Below, piece after piece: positions 44,293-53,411 of a stretch of DNA of 64,000 bases. Origin of the DNA: Paludibacteraceae bacterium (lineage in GTDB: Bacteria; Bacteroidota; Bacteroidia; Bacteroidales; Paludibacteraceae); NCBI GenBank assembly GCA_024693065.1, contig JAILLP010000030.1, positions 56,722 through 120,721 on the forward strand, written 5' to 3'. The notes under the pieces were generated by a model. That model saw only the letters and a list, made by a program, of their open reading frames with translations. It was not told where the DNA came from and searched no databases. The position numbers and the translations under genes were made by a program. Within the stretch, counting starts at the first letter, position 1; the number at the start of each line of letters is the position of its first letter.

Positions 44293-46206
44293 TTACTTAA
44301 CCTCCTCAAAGTCAACGTCTGTGATGTTGTCGTCCTTTGAGTTGCCGCCTGCGTTGCCACTGTTGTAGCCGGCGCCTGCGTTAGGGGCGCCTTGCGCTTG
44401 TTGCTGTGCGTTGTACATGTCCTGAGAAGCGTCTTGGAATGCTTTGTTCAAAGCCTCCATCGCATCGTCGATGTCCACGATGTTCTTCGCCTCGTGAGCA
44501 GACTTCAGCTTCAACAAAGCCTTCTCGATGGTTGCGCGCTTGTCGCTTGGCAATTTGTCACCGTAGTCTTTCAGGTTCTTCTCCGTTTGGAAGATCATAT
44601 TGTCCGCTTGGTTCAGCTTGTCGATGCGCTCCTTCTCCTTCTTGTCGGCCTCCGCGTTCGCCTCAGCCTCAGCCTTCATACGTTGGATCTCGCTGTCGCT
44701 CAAGCCGGAAGATGCCTCGATACGGATCTTCTGCTCCTTGCCGGTCGCCTTATCCTTAGCGGATACGTTCAAGATACCGTTCGCGTCGATATCGAAGGTC
44801 ACCTCGATCTGCGGCACACCTCTTGGCGCTGGCATGATACCGTCCAAGATGAATCGGCCGATGGTCTTGTTCTGCGCTGCCATAGGACGCTCGCCCTGCA
44901 ATACGTGGATCTCCACTGAAGGTTGGTTGTCCGCAGCCGTAGAGAAGATTTGTGACTTCTTGGTAGGGATGGTCGTGTTGGCGTCGATCAACTTGGTCAT
45001 CACGCCGCCCATCGTCTCGATACCGAGAGAAAGAGGGGTCACATCCAACAGGAGGACATCCTTGACAGTACCCGTCAAGACACCACCTTGGATAGCCGCA
45101 CCGACAGCCACCACCTCGTCAGGGTTCACACCCTTGGAAGGAGCTTTGCCGAAGAACTTCTCCACAGCGGCCTGAATGGCAGGGATACGGGTTGAACCAC
45201 CCACGAGGATGATCTCGTCCACGTCTCCGACAGACAAGCCAGCCTTGTCCAAAGCGTTCTTACAAGGGTCGATGGTACGTTGGATCAAATCGTCCACCAA
45301 TTGCTCGAACTTAGCACGCGTCAAGGTCTTCACCAAGTGCTTAGGCACACCGTCAACCGGCATGATGTAAGGCAAGTTGATCTCGGTGGAAGTGGTGCTG
45401 GAAAGCTCGATCTTCGCCTTCTCCGCAGCCTCCTTCAGACGTTGCAAAGCCATAGGGTCCTTGCTCAGGTCGACACCGCCGTTCTCGTTCTTGAACTCCT
45501 GTACCAACCAGTCGATGATACGGTGGTCGAAGTCGTCACCGCCCAAGTGTGTATCACCCGCCGTAGACTTCACCTCGAAGACACCGTCGCCCAATTCGAG
45601 GACAGATACATCGTGCGTACCACCACCGCAGTCGAACACGACGATCTTCATATCCTTGTTCTTTCTGTCCAAACCGTAAGCCAAAGCGGCTGCCGTAGGC
45701 TCGTTGACGATACGTTTCACGGATAGACCCGCGATTTCGCCCGCCTCCTTAGTAGCCTGTCTCTGAGAGTCGTTGAAGTAAGCAGGAACGGTGATGACCG
45801 CCTCTGTCACCTCTTGTCCGAGGTATTCCTCTGCCGTCTTCTTCATCTTCTGAAGGATCATGGCTGAGATCTCCTGTGGCGTGTAGAGACGTCCGTCGAT
45901 GTCCACGCGAGGGGTGTTGTTGTCACCCTTCACCACCTTGTAAGGGACACGCGCGATCTCTTGCTGCACACGGTCGTAAGTCTCGCCCATGAAACGTTTG
46001 ATGGAGAACACAGTCTTTGTAGGGTTGGTGATGGCCTGTCTTTTGGCAGGGTCACCCACTTTTCTTTCGCCACCGTCGATGAAACCAATGATGGAAGGAG
46101 TTGTTCTCTTTCCTTCGCTGTTCGCGATGACGGTAGGCTCATTGCCTTCCATTACCGCTACGCAGGAATTGGTCGTACCTAAGTCAATACCAATAATCTT
46201 TCCCAT
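44293..46206 (-). CDS. dnaK: Molecular chaperone DnaK (Hsp70)
   Basis: 637 aa. [21 protein letters not shown]-equivalent ([12 protein letters not shown]) and VGGSTRIP motifs. Confidence 0.98.
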   Translation of the reverse strand: MGKIIGIDLGTTNSCVAVMEGNEPTVIANSEGKRTTPSIIGFIDGGERKVGDPAKRQAITNPTKTVFSIKRFMGETYDRVQQEIARVPYKVVKGDNNTPRVDIDGRLYTPQEISAMILQKMKKTAEEYLGQEVTEAVITVPAYFNDSQRQATKEAGEIAGLSVKRIVNEPTAAALAYGLDRKNKDMKIVVFDCGGGTHDVSVLELGDGVFEVKSTAGDTHLGGDDFDHRIIDWLVQEFKNENGGVDLSKDPMALQRLKEAAEKAKIELSSTTSTEINLPYIMPVDGVPKHLVKTLTRAKFEQLVDDLIQRTIDPCKNALDKAGLSVGDVDEIILVGGSTRIPAIQAAVEKFFGKAPSKGVNPDEVVAVGAAIQGGVLTGTVKDVLLLDVTPLSLGIETMGGVMTKLIDANTTIPTKKSQIFSTAADNQPSVEIHVLQGERPMAAQNKTIGRFILDGIMPAPRGVPQIEVTFDIDANGILNVSAKDKATGKEQKIRIEASSGLSDSEIQRMKAEAEANAEADKKEKERIDKLNQADNMIFQTEKNLKDYGDKLPSDKRATIEKALLKLKSAHEAKNIVDIDDAMEALNKAFQDASQDMYNAQQQAQGAPNAGAGYNSGNAGGNSKDDNITDVDFEEVK

Positions 46207-46384
46207 GATTCTATCTTTTTTAGTTAATTATATTCTTAATAATAATTGTTCGTTCATCTGTCCGCACGGTGTCCGCCACCGTACGTCATAAATATTTCAA
46301 AGTTTGTGCCAAAGGTCTATTTGCCGTGTCGGTGCTCTTCTTTCTGCCAAATTTTAGGTCGGGACTGGTTTTCAGACATTCCTT

Positions 46385-46909
46385 TTGTCATTTTGTCTGA
46401 CAGAATGTCCGTTTTTCGGGGAGGGTCCGCCCTGCGTGGGAGGATGGTCGGGTGGTGTGCCCTCCGTGGTGCTATTGTCTTATGGCTGTTCGATTGATGT
46501 TGATAAAGGGTACGTTTTATGTCCGTGTGTTAATGTGTGGCTTAATGCAGACCATACGGGCTATGTTGATTATTATGGTGATGTGGTCGATGAAGGTACA
46601 ATAATTGACAGGAGGGTGGATGTCCGCAGTTGGGTTAAGATTGACTTCATATGGAAGGTTGAGTCGGACAGCACATTTGAAATCCGTCTCTCAAAGGCTA
46701 ACCTCCGTTATGGGGAGGAAGCGGCTAGGGACACTGCCTTTGCCCAAGGGGATACCTTTAAGTACTTCTTGCAAAGGTCGGTGGCTGACACGCTCGAATT
46801 CTATTCTTGTGGCTATTTTAGGGCGCAATTAGATCACGTATACACTGAGAGCTGCGATGGAAGGGAAGCCAAAACGGATCCAGCCTATCGTTTGACGTTG
46901 GCGCATTAG
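46385..46909 (+). CDS. Hypothetical protein (weakly supported ORF)
   Basis: 174-aa tracked ORF with a non-ATG start. A possible lipobox-like VVLLSYGCS lies near the N-terminus. No recognisable domain and no clear promoter. Confidence 0.3.
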   Translation: MSFCLTECPFFGEGPPCVGGWSGGVPSVVLLSYGCSIDVDKGYVLCPCVNVWLNADHTGYVDYYGDVVDEGTIIDRRVDVRSWVKIDFIWKVESDSTFEIRLSKANLRYGEEAARDTAFAQGDTFKYFLQRSVADTLEFYSCGYFRAQLDHVYTESCDGREAKTDPAYRLTLAH

Positions 46910-46962
46910 GTCTTGATTTTGGGGAATGGTCCAATCGTTTCGGTCTTTCCCAGGGTTCTCAA

Positions 46963-47016
46963 TCTCAAACGAAGAAGTGCGTGTCTGTGTTCAGGCATGC
47001 ACTTCTTCGTTTGAGA
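46963..47016. repeat. Palindrome H1: perfect 18-bp stem (extendable to 23 bp with wobbles)
   Basis: TCTCAAACGAAGAAGTGC (46963-46980) is the exact reverse complement of GCACTTCTTCGTTTGAGA (46999-47016). The core AAGTGCGTGT...GCATGCACTT resembles H2 and H3. No flanking T-run. Confidence 0.8.
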
Positions 47017-47036
47017 GAAGGGCTTGCGGATTTTCT

Positions 47037-47185
47037 GGATTTACTATTTGACTATTTACTATTTACCGGTTGGGTTGGCTGTTTACTGTTGGGTTGCCTG
47101 CCATAAATAGTAAATTGTAAATAAAAAAATAGTAAATAATGATTTGTTGGATTTACTATTTAGCGATTTACTATTGACTATTTGG
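47037..47185. repeat. Repeat array A: ATTTACTATTT / AAATAGTAAAT 11-mers in direct and inverted pairs
   Basis: Exact 11-mers at 47039, 47054 and 47151 (forward) and at 47105 and 47127 (reverse complement). A 10/11 copy at 47166. Forward pairs are spaced 15 nt and reverse pairs 22 nt. Confidence 0.85.
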
Positions 47186-47221
47186 CAATGATTTTGCCCC
47201 TTCCCCTTGTTTTTCTCCAAT

Positions 47222-47258
47222 AAAAAGTGTATGTTTACGTTTCAGACATACACTTTTT
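47222..47258. repeat. Palindrome H2: 13-bp stem, terminator-like or operator-like
   Basis: AAAAAGTGTATGT (47222-47234) pairs with ACATACACTTTTT (47246-47258), with an 11-nt loop. Contains the near-consensus -7 box TATGTTTA (47230-47237). Lies 73 nt upstream of the ATG at 47331. Confidence 0.75.
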
Positions 47259-47330
47259 GTTTGAAAGCAGAGAGTTTGTTGTTTCGTGTGTATATGGTTT
47301 ATGTTGAATGAATATTAAAATGATTAGCTT

Positions 47331-47993
47331 ATGGGAACAAAGAATTTATGGGTGCTCTGTGTGAGCATGTGTTTGGGTGTGTTTGGCGTATATTCGTGTG
47401 GGGATGATGATGAGTTGGAGAATGAGAGGAGAAATAGCCCACAGGAGGAGAATGTGGAAAAAGACACTCTGCAGAATCAGGAGGGTGGGGCGTTGACAAC
47501 CTCAGTTATGGATTCTTTACTGGTGGGAAAATGGATTTATTATTCATCCTCTGATGGGTATGAAAATAATGGAGAAATAATTTTTCATGAAAATGGTGAG
47601 GGTAGTTACTCTCAAGACAGCACGTCAATGGGGTTTGGGGATAGCAGTAATGGATTTTATTGTGAATGGCATTGTGATTTGAGTTTTAGTTGGAGTTCCA
47701 AAGGAGGGGATGGCGTCGAATTGCGCCTGGAGAAAAGTAAAATTAAAGTTAATCGATCTGAGCGTAATAATGGAGTAAATACAGATTCTTCAGAAGCTGA
47801 CAGTGTCAATTATGTTAATGGTGAAATGGTGAAATTGACGCTTGACTCAGTTACTTCATCCGGAATGTTTTTCCGAAGCTGTGGAGATGTCTTTCCCTCT
47901 TCCATTAAGACCCATAGTATCCGTCCTTGCGATGGAAACACTGATGTAAAGGTGAAATTGCTCAAAGATTTGGAAGTTACGGAAGATGACTAA
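47331..47993 (+). CDS. Lipoprotein of unknown function
   Basis: 220 aa. Signal peptide plus lipobox (GVFGVYSC), then an acidic low-complexity linker. No recognisable domain. Embedded between repeat arrays A and B/C. Confidence 0.6.
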   Translation: MGTKNLWVLCVSMCLGVFGVYSCGDDDELENERRNSPQEENVEKDTLQNQEGGALTTSVMDSLLVGKWIYYSSSDGYENNGEIIFHENGEGSYSQDSTSMGFGDSSNGFYCEWHCDLSFSWSSKGGDGVELRLEKSKIKVNRSERNNGVNTDSSEADSVNYVNGEMVKLTLDSVTSSGMFFRSCGDVFPSSIKTHSIRPCDGNTDVKVKLLKDLEVTEDD

Positions 47994-48275
47994 AAATAGT
48001 AAATAATGGCTTGCTGGATTTACTATTTAGCTATTTACTATTTACCGGTTGCGGATTTACTATTTAGTTGGTTACTAACGGATTGTCCGCTTTAAATAGT
48101 AAATTGTAAATAAAAAAATAGTAAATAATGATTTGCGGGATTTACTATATAGCTATTTGCCATTTACCGGTCGGGTTGGCTGTTTGCTATCGTGTTGTCG
48201 GGTGGCCATAAATAGTAAATCGTAAATAAAAAAATAGTAAATACTATTTGCTCCGACGATTTACTTTTTGAAGAG
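47991..48275. repeat. Repeat arrays B/C: about 2.5 tandem ~115-120-bp units built from the same 11-mers
   Basis: Exact 11-mers at 48018, 48033 and 48055 (forward) and at 47994, 48094, 48116, 48210 and 48232 (reverse complement). A 10/11 copy at 48140. The sequence between the 11-mers (for example CCGGT.GGGTTGGCTGTTT) is also conserved with array A. Confidence 0.85.
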
Positions 48276-48288
48276 ATTATTACAAGAA

Positions 48289-48320
48289 AAAGTGTATATT
48301 TGTCCCCAGATATACACTTT
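48289..48320. promoter_or_regulatory. Palindrome H3 (11-bp stem) overlapping a consensus -7 box for the esterase gene
   Basis: AAAGTGTATAT (48289-48299) pairs with ATATACACTTT (48310-48320). TATATTTG (48295-48302) matches TAnnTTTG, and its last base is 37 nt upstream of the ATG (48339). Confidence 0.55.
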
Positions 48321-48338
48321 ATTTAATTATTTATTAGG

Positions 48339-49574
48339 ATGAAAAGAATTTTTATTGCTTTGTGTATTTTGATGTCCACACAGTTGAATATGAATGCGGA
48401 ATCCAAGAAGGTGACGCTAGATGTGGACGGATTGGAGAGGAATTATGTGGTGTACACTCCGAGTGGTTTTGACAAGTCCCACAGTCATTCAGTGTTGATG
48501 ATTCTTCATGGTTTGAACGGCACATCAGAGGGGTATGCCGAGTTATGTAATGCCCAGATGCTTAGCGACGTCAATGATGCGTTGGTGGTTCTTCCGCAGG
48601 CGTTGGAGGAGCAGGATTCTGAAATACTAACGGCGCTCGCTACCATGAAGCAGTTCGGCATTCTGCCGGCGGAGATGGAGCTGAAATACCCTTGGGGTGC
48701 TGGTGCTCGTATCTCGGTTGAGACTATGCAGGAGATGGCTGGCGCATCCGCCGCGCTTCTTCCGATGATTATGCCTAATGTGGTGAATAAGGGCTATGGT
48801 GAGTTGAACGAGACGGTGGATGATGTGAAGTTCATCGACCAGATATATGCGGATATGCAGAAAGACTATAATGCGAACGATTCTTTCTTTGTCGTAGGTG
48901 CCTCCATGGGTGGTGCGATGGCTTATAAATATGCCTATTCCGAATCCTGCAAAGCGAAGAAAATATGCGTGTTGAACGGTTTCGTAGGCGCTGGCGTGGA
49001 TACGGTCGGTAAGGCGATCGATATCCCTGCGTTGATCTTCCATAGCAAAGCCGATCAGGTTGTGAAATACGAGGGTGGCATGTTCAATGGTCCTATCCTC
49101 CCGACGATAAACACGGTGGCTGCGCAAAACGGTTGCGGTGAAGGCACTCAGAAGGATGTGGCGGACGTGAAGGACGATGGCAACCAAGTGGTGAGGACGG
49201 ATTTCGCCTGTGCGGAAGGAAAGGAAATCGTTTACTACGAGTCTGACAATGCCGCTCACACGGACTTCCTGAATATCCAGACCAACGACGTCGATTTCTT
49301 CGTGGAGATGGAGTACTTCTTCTACGGCAAGTCGTTCGTCGGTTGTGACGATCATATGGCTGAGCAACTCTCCTTCTACCCTAATCCGGTGGTGGATATG
49401 CTCTATACTTCCGAGGATGGCCTTTTCAGCGTGAAGGATCTGGTGGGTAGAACGCTCTTCTCCGGGGAAATGTCCGATGGAGCAGTTAATCTCTCATCCC
49501 TCCCTGCTGGCGTTTACTTCTTCTCTTTGGAGAACGGAAAGGGTGTGAAGACCGCTAGAATCGTTAAGAAATAA
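48339..49574 (+). CDS. Secreted alpha/beta-hydrolase esterase (PHB-depolymerase/CE1-like) with a type A T9SS CTD
   Basis: Signal peptide. HSVLMILHGLNGT oxyanion region and nucleophile elbow VVGASMGGAMA (GxSxG). C-terminal FYPNPVVDMLY...LPAGVYFFSLENGKGVKTARIVKK is a classical CTD. Confidence 0.7.
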   Translation: MKRIFIALCILMSTQLNMNAESKKVTLDVDGLERNYVVYTPSGFDKSHSHSVLMILHGLNGTSEGYAELCNAQMLSDVNDALVVLPQALEEQDSEILTALATMKQFGILPAEMELKYPWGAGARISVETMQEMAGASAALLPMIMPNVVNKGYGELNETVDDVKFIDQIYADMQKDYNANDSFFVVGASMGGAMAYKYAYSESCKAKKICVLNGFVGAGVDTVGKAIDIPALIFHSKADQVVKYEGGMFNGPILPTINTVAAQNGCGEGTQKDVADVKDDGNQVVRTDFACAEGKEIVYYESDNAAHTDFLNIQTNDVDFFVEMEYFFYGKSFVGCDDHMAEQLSFYPNPVVDMLYTSEDGLFSVKDLVGRTLFSGEMSDGAVNLSSLPAGVYFFSLENGKGVKTARIVKK

Positions 49575-49609
49575 TCCCGGAAACCGTAGGCGCAAATGGT
49601 GAAAAAAAT

Positions 49610-49617
49610 TAACTTTG
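49610..49617 (+). promoter_or_regulatory. Candidate -7 box (TAACTTTG) for pgk
   Basis: TAnnTTTG match 49 nt upstream of the pgk ATG. Confidence 0.45.
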
Positions 49618-49665
49618 CGTGCGTAAAAAAGTGATTTTTTCAGAATTCTAATTTTAAATAGTACT

Positions 49666-50937
49666 ATGCAACTAATTGACAATTTCAATTTTGCCGGAAA
49701 GAAGGCAATCGTTCGCGTGGACTTCAATGTTCCGTTGAACAAAGAGACTGGTGAGGTAAGTGATGACACTCGTATCCGCGGTGCGCTTCCTACTATCAAG
49801 AAGATCATCGCTGATGGTGGTTGCGCTATCCTTATGAGCCACATGGGTAAGCCAAAGAACGCAGACGCGCATGCAGGCGACCCTAAGTTCTCTTTGAAGC
49901 AAATCGTTCCTGCCATCGAGAAATACTTGGGCAAGATCCAATTCGCTCCTGATTGCGCTGCCGCTTCCGAGCAAGCTAAGAACCTTAAGATGGGTGAAAT
50001 CCTTTTGTTGGAGAACCTCCGTTACTATCCTGAAGAGGAGGGTAAGCCACGTGGCATCGAGAAGGATGATCCTGCATACGAGGATGCTAAGAAGGCCATG
50101 AAGGACTCTCAGAAGAAGTTCGCTAAGACTTTGGCTTCTTACGCTGACGTATATGTAAACGACGCGTTCGGTACGGCTCACCGTAAACACGCTTCCACCG
50201 CTGTCATCGCTGACTCTTTCGACGAGGCTAACAAGATGTTCGGCTTCTTGATCAACAAAGAGGTTGAGGCTATGGACAAGGTGCTCAAGAGCGCACAAAA
50301 GCCTTTCACCGCTATCATGGGTGGCGCTAAGGTTTCCGATAAGATCAACATCATCAACAACTTGCTCGACCGTGTCGACAACCTCATCATCGGTGGTGGT
50401 ATGACTTACACCTTCATCAAGGCGATGGGTGGTAAGATCGGTAACTCTCTCTGCGAGGAGGATCGTTTGGACGTGGCTAAGGAAGTGCTCGCTAAGGCTA
50501 AGGCTAAGGGTGTTAACCTCCTTCTCCCTGTTGACGCAGTGAACGCTGACAAGTTCGACAAGGACGCCAACGCTAAGGTTAGCAAGACGGACGAGACTCC
50601 TGACGGATGGATGGGCCTTGATATCGCTGACGAGTCTATCAAGAAGTTCTCTGAGGTGATCGCTAAGTCTAAGACAGTTCTCTGGAACGGTCCTATGGGC
50701 GTGTTCGAGTTCGACAAGTTCGCTAAGGGTACTTCCGCTATCGCACAGGCTGTCGCTAAGGCTACCCAAGAGAATGGCGCATTCTCTTTGATCGGTGGTG
50801 GTGACTCTGTGGCTGCCATCAACAAGAACAAGTTGGCCGACAAGGTTAGCTACGTTTCTACTGGTGGTGGTGCTATGTTGGAGTACATGGAGGGCAAGGT
50901 TCTTCCAGGTATCGCAGCTATCCGCGGTGACAAATAA
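49666..50937 (+). CDS. pgk: Phosphoglycerate kinase
   Basis: 423 aa. [16 protein letters not shown]-type motifs and full-length PGK architecture. Confidence 0.97.
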   Translation: MQLIDNFNFAGKKAIVRVDFNVPLNKETGEVSDDTRIRGALPTIKKIIADGGCAILMSHMGKPKNADAHAGDPKFSLKQIVPAIEKYLGKIQFAPDCAAASEQAKNLKMGEILLLENLRYYPEEEGKPRGIEKDDPAYEDAKKAMKDSQKKFAKTLASYADVYVNDAFGTAHRKHASTAVIADSFDEANKMFGFLINKEVEAMDKVLKSAQKPFTAIMGGAKVSDKINIINNLLDRVDNLIIGGGMTYTFIKAMGGKIGNSLCEEDRLDVAKEVLAKAKAKGVNLLLPVDAVNADKFDKDANAKVSKTDETPDGWMGLDIADESIKKFSEVIAKSKTVLWNGPMGVFEFDKFAKGTSAIAQAVAKATQENGAFSLIGGGDSVAAINKNKLADKVSYVSTGGGAMLEYMEGKVLPGIAAIRGDK

Positions 50938-50960
50938 GATCTGAATTGATCCTAAAGTAA

Positions 50961-50992
50961 AGCGCCAGTCCGTTTGGATTGGCGCTTTTTTT
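50961..50992 (+). terminator. Rho-independent terminator of pgk
   Basis: AGCGCCAGTCC (50961-50971) pairs with GGATTGGCGCT (50976-50986), with one G-T wobble, followed by T6. Confidence 0.7.
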
Positions 50993-51126
50993 GTGGGCTA
51001 TTGGCCATGATCATATATCCGTGAAACATACTTCTAACCCTGATGATAAAACTTCTCTGGACCTATGCGTGAAGGCTAGGCTTAGCGTCGGGTAGGGAAG
51101 GTGTCCGCCGGAGAATGGTAGACGTT

Positions 51127-51504
51127 TTATTTCTTCGCTTTGGTCTCTCCCGTGATGGTGAGGATAGGTTTCTTCCCGCTCGTGTTAGAGTATATCTTGA
51201 TGGTTTTGTGGAAAGCTCCGCTCACTTTGCTAGTGTAGTATACATGGACAGAACCCGTGTCGCCTGGGGCTACCGGACGGCGGGTCCATGACGGTTTCAC
51301 GCAACCGCAGGAAGGGACAGCGTCGGAGACGACGAGCGGTGCTTTCCCCTCGTTCTTGAAGACGAATACGTGCTCGGATGTCTCGCCCAACACATTGTCC
51401 GTAAAGACATAGGATGTTTCCTCGAAAGCGATCTTGGCCTTCTCAGCCGCTTGCGCCATTGTGAAAGACAATGAGGCTATCAGGAATAAGAAAAGTTTTT
51501 TCAT
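51127..51504 (-). CDS. DUF1573 domain protein (small, secreted)
   Basis: 125 aa with a signal peptide. FVFKNEGKAPLVVSDAVPSCGCVKPSWTRRPVAPGDTGSV is the DUF1573 CGC signature. Confidence 0.75.
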   Translation of the reverse strand: MKKLFLFLIASLSFTMAQAAEKAKIAFEETSYVFTDNVLGETSEHVFVFKNEGKAPLVVSDAVPSCGCVKPSWTRRPVAPGDTGSVHVYYTSKVSGAFHKTIKIYSNTSGKKPILTITGETKAKK

Positions 51505-51514
51505 GCTGTTATGT

Positions 51515-52216
51515 TTAAAGTTCGAAGTAATACTCTAAGATAAACAAAATTCCTGAGATAATAAAGAGTATGGCTAAAATACGTCTGAACCACAGCTCAT
51601 ATTGTTGGAATTTGTCCAGTGTCTTTTTTGCGGAATCCATGCTGAACGCGAAGATCCAAGCCAGCAACAAGACCGGTATTGTCGCCCCGATGGCGAAGGA
51701 GATCGGTACGATGTATCCGCTCTCGGCGGATAGCGAGGAGGGGATGACCACACCGAAGTAGATGGTGGCGCTGTAGGGGCAGAAGGCGAAGGCCAGCAGT
51801 ATGCCGAGCAGGAAGGATTTCCAGAAGCCGAATCGTTTGACCATCCGGTTGAACACCACCATGCATTTGTCCGCCAATCCGTGGATGTGGATGATGTCCA
51901 GCATCAGGATTCCGATGAGGACGAGGATGGGCCCCAGGAAGAGTCCGAAGAGGTGCTGGAATGATTCTCCTATGTGAAGTCCTTGTGCGAAGAGAGAAAG
52001 GAGGATGCCCAATGAGACATAAGCCGCCGCTCTGCCTAAAGCGTAGGCGATTCCTCTTGTGAATACGCTGTTGCCCCCCTCTTTGTCTCTGGACATGGCG
52101 GTGATGGCGGTGATGTTGGCGGCCATTGTGCAAGGGCATACAGCCACGATGATGCCCCATATGATGGAGCTGATCCATACGTGTTCCCCGTTGTATAAAT
52201 GCGATATGAAATCCAT
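51515..52216 (-). CDS. DsbD/CcdA-superfamily thiol-disulfide transfer membrane protein
   Basis: 233 aa with about 6 helices. Cys-Pro pairs lie in helix 1 (AVCPCT) and helix 4 (AFCPYS), as in CcdA/DsbD-beta type proteins. Lies 1 nt after the TlpA-like gene. Confidence 0.55.
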   Translation of the reverse strand: MDFISHLYNGEHVWISSIIWGIIVAVCPCTMAANITAITAMSRDKEGGNSVFTRGIAYALGRAAAYVSLGILLSLFAQGLHIGESFQHLFGLFLGPILVLIGILMLDIIHIHGLADKCMVVFNRMVKRFGFWKSFLLGILLAFAFCPYSATIYFGVVIPSSLSAESGYIVPISFAIGATIPVLLLAWIFAFSMDSAKKTLDKFQQYELWFRRILAILFIISGILFILEYYFEL

Positions 52217-52217
52217 G

Positions 52218-53333
52218 TTATCGACCGTATAATTTTTTCAGGTAATTACCCAAGTTGATTTTCTTCCCGTCGATCAGCAATATTTTCCTTTCGGGGCTGA
52301 TCAGTACGCCGCATGGTATTTGGTTGATGTGGTATTGCTTGGTGATGGGGCTAGCCCAGTACAGCAGGTCTGATGCTTGTTCCCATGGCAATTCCGGGGC
52401 CCTGCAGGCGAAATCGTGCCATTCCTCCTCGTCCGAGTCCAGGGAGATGGAGAGGATCCTCAACCCGAAATGGTTGTATCGATGGTAGAGGTCCAACAGG
52501 ATTTCGTTCCTATCCTTCGTCTCTTTGCACCATGATGCGCCGAAATCCAGGTATAGATAGTCACCGTCGTAGTGATCCAGTGATATGGTGTCCCCGTCAA
52601 TGGTTGTCAGGTGGAAGTCGGGTGCTGGTGACCCCACCGTGAATTTTTTCGTGAGCGCAAGCTCGTCGTTTAGGTATCTGACGTATTGGGAGTTGGCGAT
52701 GGAAGGGTCGAATTTTTTGATGATGTTCTCCAATTTGGAGATGGAGAAGGATTCGGAGAGCGAGCAAACGAAGTACGCGGCGCCGATGGATGATGGGTTG
52801 CTGGCCACGAACCTTTCCGTTATGAAAAGCAGCGAGTCAGGTAGTGCTTCGTAGTGGGCGTTGAGTTTTTTCTCCAGCTGTGGATTCCTCTGTTTTTTTG
52901 CGTTTGAGATCTTCACCAGTACGGAATTGCGTTTGTTGGAGATGTTCTTGTATTCGCTCATCAGGAAGTTCAGGTCCGATTGCGATCTGGATCCTGTGAC
53001 GGTTATTTCGTCTGGGTATAATACGGATCCTCGGATGTTTATTTCCTCGTTCTCCACGAACACGTCGAATGGACGGCTAGAGCCCACTTTGATGAATCGC
53101 ATGGTAGGATAATCCACATGACCCCTGAATTTGAAGTCTCCGTTGCGGATGGGCGTGCTGTCGACAATGACAGGTTCCCCTAATTGGTTTATCTCCATCA
53201 TATAGGCTTCCTGGGCATTCACGCATCGTAGGTTTCCGTGAATGACGTATCTATCCTTTTTCACGCAGGAGGTGAAGGCCAAGAGGAGCAATATGAAAAC
53301 GAAGAACTTTCTCACTGATTTAATTTTCCGCAA
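52218..53333 (-). CDS. TlpA-like thioredoxin-fold lipoprotein with a DUF4369-like N-domain; active site degenerate (WCKET)
   Basis: Lipobox LLAFTSC. N-terminal YVIHGNL...MRFIKVG resembles DUF4369. The C-terminal GSPAPDFHL...LYLDFGASWCKETKD aligns to the FWASWCGPC region, but the second Cys is absent. Confidence 0.65.
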   Translation of the reverse strand: MRKIKSVRKFFVFILLLLAFTSCVKKDRYVIHGNLRCVNAQEAYMMEINQLGEPVIVDSTPIRNGDFKFRGHVDYPTMRFIKVGSSRPFDVFVENEEINIRGSVLYPDEITVTGSRSQSDLNFLMSEYKNISNKRNSVLVKISNAKKQRNPQLEKKLNAHYEALPDSLLFITERFVASNPSSIGAAYFVCSLSESFSISKLENIIKKFDPSIANSQYVRYLNDELALTKKFTVGSPAPDFHLTTIDGDTISLDHYDGDYLYLDFGASWCKETKDRNEILLDLYHRYNHFGLRILSISLDSDEEEWHDFACRAPELPWEQASDLLYWASPITKQYHINQIPCGVLISPERKILLIDGKKINLGNYLKKLYGR

Positions 53334-53411
53334 ATGTATAAAAAAAAGCGATAGGGATAAACAGGTGGTCTATCCCTATCGCAAGGCTTTTATATCCTTC
53401 TCGGAAGAGGA

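Noticed and set aside
46207-46384. A CIRCE-type heat-shock operator (TTAGCACTC-N9-GAGTGCTAA) or a thermosensor upstream of dnaK.
   Set aside because: There is no CIRCE match. Only short imperfect hairpins are present (for example CACGGTG/CACCGT around 46264-46284), which are too weak to call.
47037-48275. Possible CRISPR array, because of regularly spaced short repeats.
   Set aside because: The sequences between the repeats are themselves conserved between units. The repeats occur in both orientations. The units are palindromic, and no cas genes or leader are present.
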